The position numbers were made by a program, and so were the translations under genes. A stretch of DNA of 64,000 bases from a bacterium. Lineage in GTDB: Bacteria > DRYD01. The notes under the pieces were generated by a model, which worked only from the letters and a program-made list of their open reading frames with translations, did not search any database and was not told where the DNA came from. This document shows, piece by piece, positions 20,409 through 33,994 of this stretch. The stretch covers positions 32,001-96,000 of the forward strand of contig JBCNVB010000018.1 in NCBI GenBank assembly GCA_039630415.1, written 5' to 3'. The number at the start of each line of letters is the position of its first letter. Position 1 is the stretch's first letter.

Positions 20409-21492
20409 CATACTTTTAGTAATTTTAGCATTCTTTTTGATAATACTTTTTCATGAGTTTGGGCATTATTTAGGATGTAGAATAGTAAATGTCAAAGTAG
20501 AGGAATTTTCAATAGGATTGGGTAAAGAGATATGGTCAAAAAAAATAGGTGAAACGAAGTATACTTTAAGGCTACTTCCAATCGGTGGGTATGTTTTACC
20601 AGAAGGAGAAGAGTATAAAAAAGATCAACCTTTATCGGAAACTAATTTTTATTCCAAACCCCTATGGGCAAGATTTATAGTCATTGTTCTAGGTCCTATA
20701 TTTAACTACATTTTCGCACTATTGATATTTTTACTAGTTTTTAGTTTTTATGATTACAAAGTAACTACGGAAATAATGATGGTAGTAAATAATACTCCTG
20801 CACAGAAAGCAGGTCTAAAAGCAGGTGACATAATAACCCAGATAGATTCCATATCCTTTGGATACTATGAAGGTAAAAAACTGATAGAATACATACATAA
20901 CAGTAAAGGTAAGCTTCTAAATATAACAATTAAAAGAGGTACTCAAACTATAACATATCGAATACTCCCAGAGTATAACGCTCAGCAAAATTTTTATTAT
21001 ATAGGTTTCAATCCCAAGAAAAGCTTAGTTATAGAGTTCAATTTTTTAAGAGGAGTAAGGGAATCTATTTTTACTACATATGATCTTACTGTTAGATACC
21101 TGAAAGTAATTGTGAGTATATTTACAGGTCATATACCTCTTAAGACAGTATATGAGCAGAGTGCTGGACCTATAGGTATAACCAAAATAATGTATGATTT
21201 TGCGAATCAGGGAATCTATAACTATCTAATGCTGGTTGGGTTTATAAACATAGTTATAGGATTGTTTAATTTACTGCCTTTTCCAGCATTGGATGGAGGA
21301 AGAATATTGTTTATTGGGATAAATTATATTCTAGGGATGTTGTCGTTGTTATTCAATAGAAAGATAGAAATAACACCAGATAAGGAAGAGATGTTTCATA
21401 AAGTTGGACTAGTTTTACTATTGGTTTTTGTAGCAATAGTTTCGTACAATGATATAGCTCGGATAATAAGAGGTGAGAGTTTTATCAAGTAG
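20395..21492 (+). CDS. rseP: RIP metalloprotease RseP (M50 + PDZ)
   Basis: HEFGH, LLPIGGYV, PDZ PAQKAGLKAGD, NLLPFPALDGG; start refined to ATG 20395. Confidence 0.93.
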   Translation: MEVVSILLVILAFFLIILFHEFGHYLGCRIVNVKVEEFSIGLGKEIWSKKIGETKYTLRLLPIGGYVLPEGEEYKKDQPLSETNFYSKPLWARFIVIVLGPIFNYIFALLIFLLVFSFYDYKVTTEIMMVVNNTPAQKAGLKAGDIITQIDSISFGYYEGKKLIEYIHNSKGKLLNITIKRGTQTITYRILPEYNAQQNFYYIGFNPKKSLVIEFNFLRGVRESIFTTYDLTVRYLKVIVSIFTGHIPLKTVYEQSAGPIGITKIMYDFANQGIYNYLMLVGFINIVIGLFNLLPFPALDGGRILFIGINYILGMLSLLFNRKIEITPDKEEMFHKVGLVLLLVFVAIVSYNDIARIIRGESFIK

Positions 21493-21521
21493 AAATTAAG
21501 AGTATACGGAGGGGAGATGTA

Positions 21522-21607
21522 GCCGGAGTGGCGGAATTGGCAGACGCAGGAGACTCAAAATCTCCCGGAGCTCGCGCTCCGTGTGGGTTCGAGTCCCACC
21601 TCCGGCA
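21522..21607 (+). tRNA. tRNA-Leu(CAA), no encoded CCA
   Basis: GCCGGAG/CTCCGGC acceptor stem, anticodon arm GGAGA-CTCAAAA-TCTCC, long variable arm, GGTTCGAGTCC. Confidence 0.96.
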
Positions 21608-21616
21608 GTAAACCAT

Positions 21617-22189
21617 ATGAAATTAAAAAAGGTGAGAGTTTATCAGTTAGCTACAGATATAGTTACAGATGATGCAGTAGTAATTTTGAAAGAGGAAGAC
21701 GGCTCAGCAATTTTACCCATCATCATCGGACATTTTGAAGCCTCTAGCATAGCTATAGCACTTGAAAAACTAAAAATAGAAAGACCCATGACACATGATC
21801 TAATTAAAAATATTCTTGAATCCCTAGATATAAAAATACAAAAAGTAGTGATAACTGAACTCAAGGGATCAACCTACTATGCTACGATATTCATACAGAA
21901 AGATAATAAAGTTATAGAAGTAGATGCCAGACCAAGTGATAGCATAGCAATCGCAGTAAGAATAGGTTGCCCAATATTCGTAAATGAAAAACTATTACAA
22001 AATCTACCAATCCTAGAATATACCGAAAAAACATCGGAAATAAAGAGTATATCCAATCTACCAGATCCTGAAGATGAAGAAAAGGAAAAATTCAGGCAAT
22101 TTCTTGAAAAGATTAAACCTACTGACTTTATAAGATTCTTCCAAGAACAAGAGAAAAAAGAAGAAGACCAACAGGAAAAGGATGGATAA
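21617..22189 (+). CDS. Bifunctional nuclease family protein (DUF151)
   Basis: LPIIIGHFEA, RPMTHDL, DARPSDSIAIA; start moved to ATG 21617 because the longer ORF overlaps the tRNA. Confidence 0.9.
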   Translation: MKLKKVRVYQLATDIVTDDAVVILKEEDGSAILPIIIGHFEASSIAIALEKLKIERPMTHDLIKNILESLDIKIQKVVITELKGSTYYATIFIQKDNKVIEVDARPSDSIAIAVRIGCPIFVNEKLLQNLPILEYTEKTSEIKSISNLPDPEDEEKEKFRQFLEKIKPTDFIRFFQEQEKKEEDQQEKDG

Positions 22190-23012
22190 GCTTATGTACA
22201 CAGCAGATATAGGAGTTCTTGGGGGAACAGGTTTTTATTCATTTTTAGAGTCAAAAGAGATCATAGTTGAAACTCCATACGGAAGTACATCAGATAAGAT
22301 AGCTCTAGCAAAAGTAGCAGACAAAACCGTGGCTTTTCTTCCTCGACATGGTAAAGATCATAGATACCCTCCCTCAAAAATACCTTATAGAGCTAACATA
22401 TGGGCTTTTAAGAAATTGGGTGTAAAATATATAATAAGCCCTTGCGCAGTTGGATCCCTACAACCCTATATAAAACCTGGACATATAGTGATCCTCGACC
22501 AAATATTTGATAGAACATACAAAAGAGAAAATACATTTTATGAAGGTCCTATAACTACTCACGTATCTTTTGCTAACCCTTACAACGAATATCTCAGAAG
22601 CCTATTTATAAAAAAAGCGAAAGAAATGGGAATAGAGCATCACGAAACTGGAACGGTAGTAGTAATAGAAGGTCCCAGATTTTCTACAAAAGCAGAAAGT
22701 AGATTTTATACTCAAATGGGTTTTCACGTAGTAAACATGACCCAAATGCCGGAAGCAATACTAGCAAGAGAATTACAAATTCCATTTGCAGGTATAGCTT
22801 TGGTAACAGACTATGATGTAGGTCTTGAAGGACATCCTGAAATAGAACCAGTATCTCATCACATAGCAGTAGAAAATTTCAAGAAAAATCAAGAAAAATT
22901 AAAGCAATTAATACTTGAAGTAATCAAAGAAATTGATCTAACAAAAGAACAACCAGAACATAAAGCTCTTGAAAATGCAAGATTCCATGAAGAACACATC
23001 GGACTAATATAG
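22182..23012 (+). CDS. mtnP: S-methyl-5'-thioadenosine phosphorylase
   Basis: IGVLGGTG, FLPRHG, EGPRFSTKAES, VNMT, LVTDYD. Confidence 0.92.
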   Translation: MDKLMYTADIGVLGGTGFYSFLESKEIIVETPYGSTSDKIALAKVADKTVAFLPRHGKDHRYPPSKIPYRANIWAFKKLGVKYIISPCAVGSLQPYIKPGHIVILDQIFDRTYKRENTFYEGPITTHVSFANPYNEYLRSLFIKKAKEMGIEHHETGTVVVIEGPRFSTKAESRFYTQMGFHVVNMTQMPEAILARELQIPFAGIALVTDYDVGLEGHPEIEPVSHHIAVENFKKNQEKLKQLILEVIKEIDLTKEQPEHKALENARFHEEHIGLI

Positions 23013-23013
23013 T

Positions 23014-23541
23014 ATGTATACCCTAAGTTTATCTGAAGATAAAGTATTGCAGATAGTAAGAGGAGATATAACAGAGCAGCCAGACATAGAATGTATCGTT
23101 AACTCTGCGAACAGTCAGTTACTTCCTGGTGGAGGAGTATCTGGAGCGATTCATAAAAAAGCAGGTCCTGAGCTATATGAATATTGTAAAAAATTAGCTC
23201 CCATAAAGGTAACTCAAGCTGTAATTACACCAGCATTTAAATTACCCAACAAGTACATAATACATACTTTAGGACCTGTTTATGGTGTTGATAAGCCTGA
23301 AGATGAATTGCTAAAAAAAACCTATCAAAATTGTATGGAATTAGCAGATAAGCAAGGTATAAAATCAATAGCATTTCCTTCGATATCAACTGGCATATTT
23401 GGGTATCCGATAAACTTAGCAGCTCCGATCGCAATTAAAGCTATTTTAGAAAAACTAGTAGATACGAGAATAAGTTTAGTTAGAATGGTTTTGTGGAGTG
23501 AAGAGGACTATAAAGTTTACGAAGGGGTTGTAGCTCAATAA
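23014..23541 (+). CDS. Macro domain protein (ADP-ribose/O-acetyl-ADP-ribose hydrolase)
   Basis: GDIT, IVNSAN, GGGVSGAIH, FPSISTGIFGYP. Confidence 0.92.
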   Translation: MYTLSLSEDKVLQIVRGDITEQPDIECIVNSANSQLLPGGGVSGAIHKKAGPELYEYCKKLAPIKVTQAVITPAFKLPNKYIIHTLGPVYGVDKPEDELLKKTYQNCMELADKQGIKSIAFPSISTGIFGYPINLAAPIAIKAILEKLVDTRISLVRMVLWSEEDYKVYEGVVAQ

Positions 23542-23598
23542 GGATAGAGCGTTGCCCTCCTAAGGCAGAGGTTGCCGGTTCAAGTCCGGCCAACCCCA
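23524..23598 (+). tRNA. tRNA-Arg(CCT), no encoded CCA
   Basis: GGGGTTG/CAACCCC acceptor stem, anticodon arm TTGCC-CTCCTAA-GGCAG, GGTTCAAGTCC. Confidence 0.95.
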
Positions 23599-23617
23599 CA
23601 ATCAATCCTATAAACCT

Positions 23618-24913
23618 ATGGAAAAAGAACTACTTAACCTCCTAGTAGAAGAACTAGGTCAAATAGCATATGACCTATGCTTTAATATAAGTACCTCAAA
23701 CATAGATAAAAATGAAAAAAGAATGACAATCATAACACCAGATAAATCTGTAAAAGAGTGGATAGAAAAAAAATACTCACCACTGTTAAAGGAATTAATA
23801 GAAAAATACTATAATGAAATCGATTGGAATATAGAGGTTAAACTCAAAGAAGGAGAGCAAGAAAATATAGAAAGTTCTCTAGATATTCTTAATCCTTTTT
23901 TTACTTTTGATAACTTCGTAGTGGGTAATAGTAATCAGTTTGCGTATGCAGCGAGTTTAGCAGTAGCACAAAAACCAGGTAAAGCATACAACCCACTGTT
24001 TATATATGGTTCTACAGGATTAGGTAAAACCCATCTCCTTCACGCTATCGGTAACTTCATCTTTAAAAGAAAGTTATCCAAAAAAATAATCTATATTACA
24101 TCTGAAAAATTCATAAACGATCTAGTTAACTCTATTAAAGAAAAAAAATTAGAAGATTTTAGAAACAAATATAGAAGAGCTGAAATACTTTTAATAGATG
24201 ATGTTCAGTTCATAAGTGGAAAGGAAAGAACTCAAGAAGAACTGTTTCACACCTTTAATGAACTTTACTTAGAAAACAAACAAATAGTTCTGACTAGTGA
24301 TAGACCACCAAGAGATTTAGAAGGGATAGAAGATAGGTTAAAATCTAGATTTCAGTCTGGATTAATAGCCGATGTACAGCTGCCAGATTTTGAAACCCGA
24401 AAAGCTATAATAAAGAAAAAACTGGAAAAATACGACCTAATTTTTGATGAGCAAGCAGTAGATTTTCTAGCTCAAAAATTTAGAAATAACGTCAGGGAAA
24501 TTGAAGGAGCTATTATTAAAATTGTAGCATTTATTAATCTCAACAAAATCAATATAGAAAAAGTTAGAGTGGAACACTTACAAGAAATCCTAAAAGATCT
24601 TAGTCATGAAGATACAAAAATCAACCCAGATAATGTTATTGAGGTTGTCACTGAATACTTTAATATTACGCGAGAAGAAATCTTTTCCAATTCTAGGGAA
24701 AAGAAAATAGTATATCCAAGACAGGTATTAACTTATCTTCTTAGAGACACCTTGGGTATGTCTTTTAAGAGTATAGGTAATTACCTTGGTAAGGATCATA
24801 CAACCATAATGCATTCATATGAGAAAATCAATGTTTTACTAGCAAGTCCAAAGGTTTATAAGGATATCTCTAATATAAGAGAGAAACTTTACGAGAAATA
24901 CCATCATCATTAA
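23618..24913 (+). CDS. dnaA: Chromosomal replication initiator DnaA
   Basis: FDNFVVG, YNPLFIYGSTGLGKTHLL, LLIDDVQF, KDHTTIMH. Confidence 0.97.
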   Translation: MEKELLNLLVEELGQIAYDLCFNISTSNIDKNEKRMTIITPDKSVKEWIEKKYSPLLKELIEKYYNEIDWNIEVKLKEGEQENIESSLDILNPFFTFDNFVVGNSNQFAYAASLAVAQKPGKAYNPLFIYGSTGLGKTHLLHAIGNFIFKRKLSKKIIYITSEKFINDLVNSIKEKKLEDFRNKYRRAEILLIDDVQFISGKERTQEELFHTFNELYLENKQIVLTSDRPPRDLEGIEDRLKSRFQSGLIADVQLPDFETRKAIIKKKLEKYDLIFDEQAVDFLAQKFRNNVREIEGAIIKIVAFINLNKINIEKVRVEHLQEILKDLSHEDTKINPDNVIEVVTEYFNITREEIFSNSREKKIVYPRQVLTYLLRDTLGMSFKSIGNYLGKDHTTIMHSYEKINVLLASPKVYKDISNIREKLYEKYHHH

Positions 24914-25139
24914 ACATTAAATAGATAAACCTTTTTTAACAAACTTTGTATTTTTTAACACCGTTTTTACAATCTCTGTTCAATTTTGATTCAGTTAAGA
25001 AGCATTTTTCTTATGTAATTTACAGGAGGTGATATAGATTTTATGATAGTTATGGATAAAGAGTTAAGGATGAAGTTGATTAGTTATAGTGGTTTAGTAG
25101 TTTACTATTTTAGGGTTGTATTGGGCAGGTGATTTTGTA

Positions 25140-25225
25140 TGGGGGAGGCGGGATTTGAACCCGCACGGGAGTGAATCCCATTGGATCCTAAGTCCAACGC
25201 GTCTGCCAAATTCCGCCACTCCCCC
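25140..25225 (-). tRNA. tRNA-Leu(TAG), no encoded CCA
   Basis: GGGGGAG/CTCCCCC acceptor stem, TTGGA-CTTAGGA-TCCAA anticodon arm, long variable arm, GGTTCAAATCC. Confidence 0.96.
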
Positions 25226-25269
25226 ACCCTTAAATCTTATTACAACACAAAACCATATCTTCCCTTCTT

Positions 25270-26724
25270 CTATAATCTCCCCAACCATCTTTCAAAACTC
25301 TTTAAATGAACACTACAAAAACTATAAAAATTCACTACATAATCCGATTCCAAGTAAGGATTTGAAAAACTAAAAATATATACTCTTTTACCCTTGTTCC
25401 TTAACCTATCTATCAAAGCTTTATAACTGTTATCTATAACTAAGTATACTAAAAATATATCCTTCTGATTATGTACAAAAGCTTCTATTTCTTGGGTATT
25501 TGTAGGATCCTTTACGATTAGTACTTCTAACTCCTTGGATTTAAGTTTTTGAATATTTCTTATGTTATCGATAATTTTATGGCTTACTCCTATGGTTTCA
25601 AGGTAGTGGTTAGAAAACACTATGATTTTTAAGATTTGACTCAATTCTAAGAACTGCTTAAATGCTTGTTTATCACCTTTTTCTTTTATTGGTATATCGA
25701 ATTGATTGAACATCCATGTGTTTAAATCTTGTATGTATTGCAGATATTCCTCTTGTGTGTAGGTATGTAGATCAAACTTTTGGACAAATTTGTTGATCTT
25801 ATGGTATTTATCAATCAAGATGCTTTCAAGAAGAGGATCCTTTTCTGCTTGTTTAGCCAGGAAGTTTATAGAGTATAATTTTAATTGATCTTCTCCAAGT
25901 ATCAGAAGAATATCAACTCCCGCTCTTATCGCTTGTATTAAAGTTTCTTCCCAGTTAAAGTTTTGCATAGCCTTCATATTTAGAGCATCGGAGAAGATTA
26001 TACCTTCATAAGGTTGTATTAAGTCTATAGTTTTTTTGGATATGGTAGCTGGAAGAGTATCTATGTTTTTGTAAACTACGTGAGCAGTCATTATAGATGG
26101 TAAATGAGATTTATTTTGTAAGAAAGGGAATAGATGAGTTTGGTTAGCATACGAATATGGTAAGTCCAGATGGCTATCTTTATCTGTATCTCCATGCCCA
26201 GGAAAATGTTTCCCAGTACACATGAGGTTTACTTGATTATATGCCTTTATGTACTGCTGAGATAGTAGACTTACTTTTTCCGAATCTTCTCCAAAACTTC
26301 TTACCCCTATTATAGGGTTTTGATTGTTTGTATTTACATCCATTACTGGTGAAAAGTTAACATTGAACTCGAGGAATTTGAGTATCAAACCGTTTAATAT
26401 AGCTATCTTGTATGCGTCTGCTGGATCGTTTATAGAGTATTGGGAACAAACAGCGGGAAAATCTGGATAATCAAACCTATACACTACTCCACCCTCTTGA
26501 TCTATGCTTCTTAAAATTTCTAATCCATGAATAGATTTGTATTGCCTTTTATAGTAATCATTAGTTTCTTTTAATTTTTTCCATCCGTTAGGAGATTGAT
26601 CTATATCCTTGTAAAAGAGGATATACCCTGCAAAGGGGTACTTTAGTACAAAATCAGGATCATTGATATCGATTAGAATTAGTCTAGAAACTATCTCTTT
26701 AAGGTTTTGTGGTTTATTTTTCAT
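25270..26724 (-). CDS. nagZ: GH3 beta-N-acetylhexosaminidase (NagZ-like)
   Basis: IDQEGG, RSFG, KHFPGHGDTDKDSH, MTAH, SDALNM. Confidence 0.9.
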   Translation of the reverse strand: MKNKPQNLKEIVSRLILIDINDPDFVLKYPFAGYILFYKDIDQSPNGWKKLKETNDYYKRQYKSIHGLEILRSIDQEGGVVYRFDYPDFPAVCSQYSINDPADAYKIAILNGLILKFLEFNVNFSPVMDVNTNNQNPIIGVRSFGEDSEKVSLLSQQYIKAYNQVNLMCTGKHFPGHGDTDKDSHLDLPYSYANQTHLFPFLQNKSHLPSIMTAHVVYKNIDTLPATISKKTIDLIQPYEGIIFSDALNMKAMQNFNWEETLIQAIRAGVDILLILGEDQLKLYSINFLAKQAEKDPLLESILIDKYHKINKFVQKFDLHTYTQEEYLQYIQDLNTWMFNQFDIPIKEKGDKQAFKQFLELSQILKIIVFSNHYLETIGVSHKIIDNIRNIQKLKSKELEVLIVKDPTNTQEIEAFVHNQKDIFLVYLVIDNSYKALIDRLRNKGKRVYIFSFSNPYLESDYVVNFYSFCSVHLKSFERWLGRL

Positions 26725-27652
26725 ATTTAACCAGCGAGTAGAAAAGAAGTAGTAGGTTAGATGGTTTTTCAGCTAATCTTCTTACGAAGTATTCGTACCA
26801 TTCGCTACCTACGGGTATGTATATTCTTAGGTTATATCCTTGTTCTATTATCTTTTTTTGTAGGTCTTGTCTTACTCCATATAGCATTTGGAATTCAAAA
26901 TCATCTCTTGATATGCCTTTGTATTGGCAGTAGTTTTTTATTTTTTCAATTAATTTGTGATCATGAGTAGCAAAGGCAGGATAAACTTTACTTATATTGT
27001 CCAGTAGTTTAACAGCTATATTGTAATAATTTTCGTCTATTTTACTTTTTGATGGTAGAATTTTGTCAAAAGGTTCTTTATATGCTCCTTTACAAAGTCT
27101 TACGATCGGTTTTGAATCCCAATCAAAACTTAATATCCTGTCATCTATGTCTTTCATTGTTCGATATAGATAGGCTTGAAAAGTTATGTCTAAATTGTTG
27201 TACTTTAATTCTTTTCTGAAAAAGTCAAATATATTAAGTGTAGAATCTATCAAAACTGAATTTTCCATATCTATATGTATTCTGTTATTGCATGAATCGA
27301 GAATATTTTTCAAATTCTGCTTACATATGTTTTCTTCCAAAAGTATGCCCAATGCACTTAGCTTTACTGAAATTGATATGTTATTCAGCATAGATACCTT
27401 GTTTATTATTTCATTGAGATTTTGGATATATTTCTGCACCTTTTCAGAGTTGTTATATTGTTCTCCTAATAAGGATATTGTAATTCTATATCCTTGGTTA
27501 ATTAAATTTTGCATTTTTTGGATAAAGATATCGTCTACTTGTTCAGATCCTACATATCTAAAAGCCAGCTTTCTTATAGAATCTACTTTTGATATACCCC
27601 TCATAATGGGATTATCAAAGATAGATATAATTGCTTTTTTTATTAGTGACAT
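26714..27652 (-). CDS. Monofunctional proline dehydrogenase
   Basis: IDME, QAYLYR, RLCKGAY, ATHD, EFQMLYG, YFVRRLAE. Confidence 0.92.
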   Translation of the reverse strand: MSLIKKAIISIFDNPIMRGISKVDSIRKLAFRYVGSEQVDDIFIQKMQNLINQGYRITISLLGEQYNNSEKVQKYIQNLNEIINKVSMLNNISISVKLSALGILLEENICKQNLKNILDSCNNRIHIDMENSVLIDSTLNIFDFFRKELKYNNLDITFQAYLYRTMKDIDDRILSFDWDSKPIVRLCKGAYKEPFDKILPSKSKIDENYYNIAVKLLDNISKVYPAFATHDHKLIEKIKNYCQYKGISRDDFEFQMLYGVRQDLQKKIIEQGYNLRIYIPVGSEWYEYFVRRLAEKPSNLLLLFYSLVKYEK

Positions 27653-27654
27653 TA

Positions 27655-28443
27655 TTATCCTTTATTTTCGGTTAATGAGAATATTGAAAGGTAGGTGAAA
27701 AGTACAATAGATATGATAAAATATGCTATATTTTTAAGATCTATAACACCTTTAGATAGGTTCTCAAAGTTTGTTGATATAGATATAGCTTTTACGATAT
27801 TTTTGTAAGTTGGATTGGTAAAGTCTCCCGTAAATCCTATTAACCAAAATGTAAGGACCAGGAAGAGAGATATGAGCATGGCTACAAAAAATTCATCGGT
27901 TAAGGTTGATACAAATACTGACATCGATACAATTAGTGCTCCTATAAGTATTAGCCCTAAAAATCCAGTAGCTATCACTCCTAAATCCAACGTCCCTTTA
28001 TTGATGACAGTATATACAACTACGAAAAAGATTATATAAATCATAGCAAACGTTAAAAACATTAGGTACATTAGAAAAGTAGAAATCATTTTTCCTATAA
28101 CTAGTTCAATTTCCTTAAAAGGGTAGGTAAAAAGGAGTTCTATTGTTTTGAGTTTTCTTTCTTGAGCAAAAGATTTAGAGGCGATTATTGGAATAATCAG
28201 TACGCTTAGAAAAGCAACAAAGCCCATATAAGGGGTTACTATCATATCATTCACATTGAAATTCCTTGCAAAAGAGGGAAAACTAACAGCTACAAAAGCA
28301 GCTTGAAAAAATGCATAAATCGCACTAACAAAGAATATTGTCAAGAATAGTAAAGCCACAAACATCGATACAAACGGTAATATTGTAGAAGAACTCTCCA
28401 ATATATCCTTTTTTACTATCAACATAACTTTTCTAAAATCCAT
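27655..28443 (-). CDS. ABC-2 type permease (GldF-like)
   Basis: ERKLKTIELLFTYP, LVIGK, KGVID; about 6 TM. Confidence 0.85.
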   Translation of the reverse strand: MDFRKVMLIVKKDILESSSTILPFVSMFVALLFLTIFFVSAIYAFFQAAFVAVSFPSFARNFNVNDMIVTPYMGFVAFLSVLIIPIIASKSFAQERKLKTIELLFTYPFKEIELVIGKMISTFLMYLMFLTFAMIYIIFFVVVYTVINKGTLDLGVIATGFLGLILIGALIVSMSVFVSTLTDEFFVAMLISLFLVLTFWLIGFTGDFTNPTYKNIVKAISISTNFENLSKGVIDLKNIAYFIISIVLFTYLSIFSLTENKG

Positions 28444-28464
28444 ACATTCATCCCCCTTTTAAGA

Positions 28465-29397
28465 CTATTGTATTGCTTTCAAAAATAAATCTTCCATCGT
28501 TATTGTATTTTTATTTATGTATAAGAACTCTATATTGTCTTCAACTAACTTTTTAGAAATTTCAAAAAGAATTCTTTCATCTTTTTTATTTATGTTGAAA
28601 GTTACCGAAGAGTCTTGGAATTGAACTTCGTGAATGTTGTAAGATTTGAGTATCTCTCGGATTTTGTCGTTAATCTCATTGTTTGTTTTTGAGAATATGT
28701 ACTCAACTTTAACTTCATTTTGTATTTGTTCTTTAAGATCCTTAACTCTTCCACTCATTCTTATTTTGCCCTCATGGATAATAACCAAATTGTCACAGAT
28801 AGCTTCTACTTCTTGCATTATGTGTGTACTGAGAATAATTGTTCGGTTTGCAGATAAGCTTTTAATTAGTTTTCTTATTTCTATTATTTGAGCTGGGTCT
28901 AATCCTTGAGTAGGTTCATCTAGTATTATAACTTTTGGATCTCCTATTATTGCCTGTGCTATACCTACCCTTTGCCTATACCCTTTAGATAGCTCCTTTA
29001 AGAATCTATTTTTGTATTTCTCTACCCCTACTTGGTTAATTACCTTTTCTACTTCTTCTTCCACATTTGGTACTTCTTTAGAAAGAGCTACGAATTTTAG
29101 AAAATCCAGTACTGTTAAGTTATCGTATATTGGGAAGTTTTCGGGTAGATAACCTATGAATTTCCTTACTTTATAGGGTTCCTGAATAGCATCTATTGAG
29201 TTAACATATACCTTTCCGCTGTTAGGTTTAAAGTAAGTTGTTATAATTTTCATAGTGGTTGTTTTTCCAGCTCCGTTTAGACCCAAAAATCCAGTTACTT
29301 TACCTTCTTCAAAATCTACCGTTACATCTTCTATACCTCTCATATCTCCGTATCTTTTTGTCACGTTCTCGAGGCTAACTATGTTACTCATACCCAC
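28465..29397 (-). CDS. ABC transporter ATP-binding protein (GldA-like)
   Basis: GLNGAGKTT, LSKGYRQRVG, ILDEPT. Confidence 0.92.
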   Translation of the reverse strand: MGMSNIVSLENVTKRYGDMRGIEDVTVDFEEGKVTGFLGLNGAGKTTTMKIITTYFKPNSGKVYVNSIDAIQEPYKVRKFIGYLPENFPIYDNLTVLDFLKFVALSKEVPNVEEEVEKVINQVGVEKYKNRFLKELSKGYRQRVGIAQAIIGDPKVIILDEPTQGLDPAQIIEIRKLIKSLSANRTIILSTHIMQEVEAICDNLVIIHEGKIRMSGRVKDLKEQIQNEVKVEYIFSKTNNEINDKIREILKSYNIHEVQFQDSSVTFNINKKDERILFEISKKLVEDNIEFLYINKNTITMEDLFLKAIQ

Positions 29398-29424
29398 TTC
29401 CCCTTTTCTGTGTAATATATTTTT

Positions 29425-33257
<3,833 letters not shown>

Positions 33258-33268
33258 TTGGTATTTTT

Positions 33269-33961
33269 TTACGAAGCTATTTTGACAAGGTTTTGGATGT
33301 TATTTTCCATCACATATTCTTCTACTTTTATGATTGTATCAATATTCACTTGTTGAAGTTTATTTATTCCTTGTGAACTATCAAATTCGAAGTAGGAGTT
33401 TATAGTTACGATGAAATTTCCTTGAATAGTTTTCTTTTGTCCCGTTATGAGCTCCATATCCATTGGTATGGATGCACTACTTTCTGTACTTCTTCCTTCG
33501 ATGTATACTATTCCATTTTCGACTGATTTTACGACATAAGTCATAGGTATTTGTAATTGCTTATTCTGCCCAGGTAGATTGAAATCTATGTTTACTGTCC
33601 AGTATTGACCTATTTCGAGTTCATAGTCTGGGAAAACTAGGGTACTTACTTCTTGGCTACCAGCAGAGTCTACTATGTTACCATATTCATCCATAAGCAT
33701 ATATATAGTCTGTTCATTTACTGGTACTATTACCGTTTTCATTTCTTCGCTTGGTGTTTCATCAGGTTGTCTATTACTTACTTTTACTCTAATATGAAAT
33801 CCTTCTTCATCTTTAGCTATGGTTTTGAGCTCTATATCGGAGAAGTACATTATTCTTGAAGCATCAACTAAATCCATTGATTTAGATATTTGTCTTATAG
33901 TATTGCTTTTTGATATATATTTAATGGTTTTTCCTACAGGGTAATTAAATTTGAGTATCAT
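33269..33961 (-). CDS. Hypothetical protein
   Basis: 230-aa beta-rich ORF with SD GGAGG. Confidence 0.65.
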   Translation of the reverse strand: MILKFNYPVGKTIKYISKSNTIRQISKSMDLVDASRIMYFSDIELKTIAKDEEGFHIRVKVSNRQPDETPSEEMKTVIVPVNEQTIYMLMDEYGNIVDSAGSQEVSTLVFPDYELEIGQYWTVNIDFNLPGQNKQLQIPMTYVVKSVENGIVYIEGRSTESSASIPMDMELITGQKKTIQGNFIVTINSYFEFDSSQGINKLQQVNIDTIIKVEEYVMENNIQNLVKIAS

Positions 33962-33994
33962 ATTTACCTCCCTGCTTGTTAGTAAATCGAGATA

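Noticed and set aside
21581-21616. Extended N-terminus of the DUF151 ORF
   Set aside because: It overlaps the tRNA-Leu T-arm; ATG 21617 is the plausible start
25094-25373. ORFs 25094-25288 and 25116-25373
   Set aside because: Translations of the tRNA-Leu(TAG) gene
27655-29397. Gliding motility system (GldA/GldF)
   Set aside because: Generic ABC-2 exporter pair with no other gld genes present
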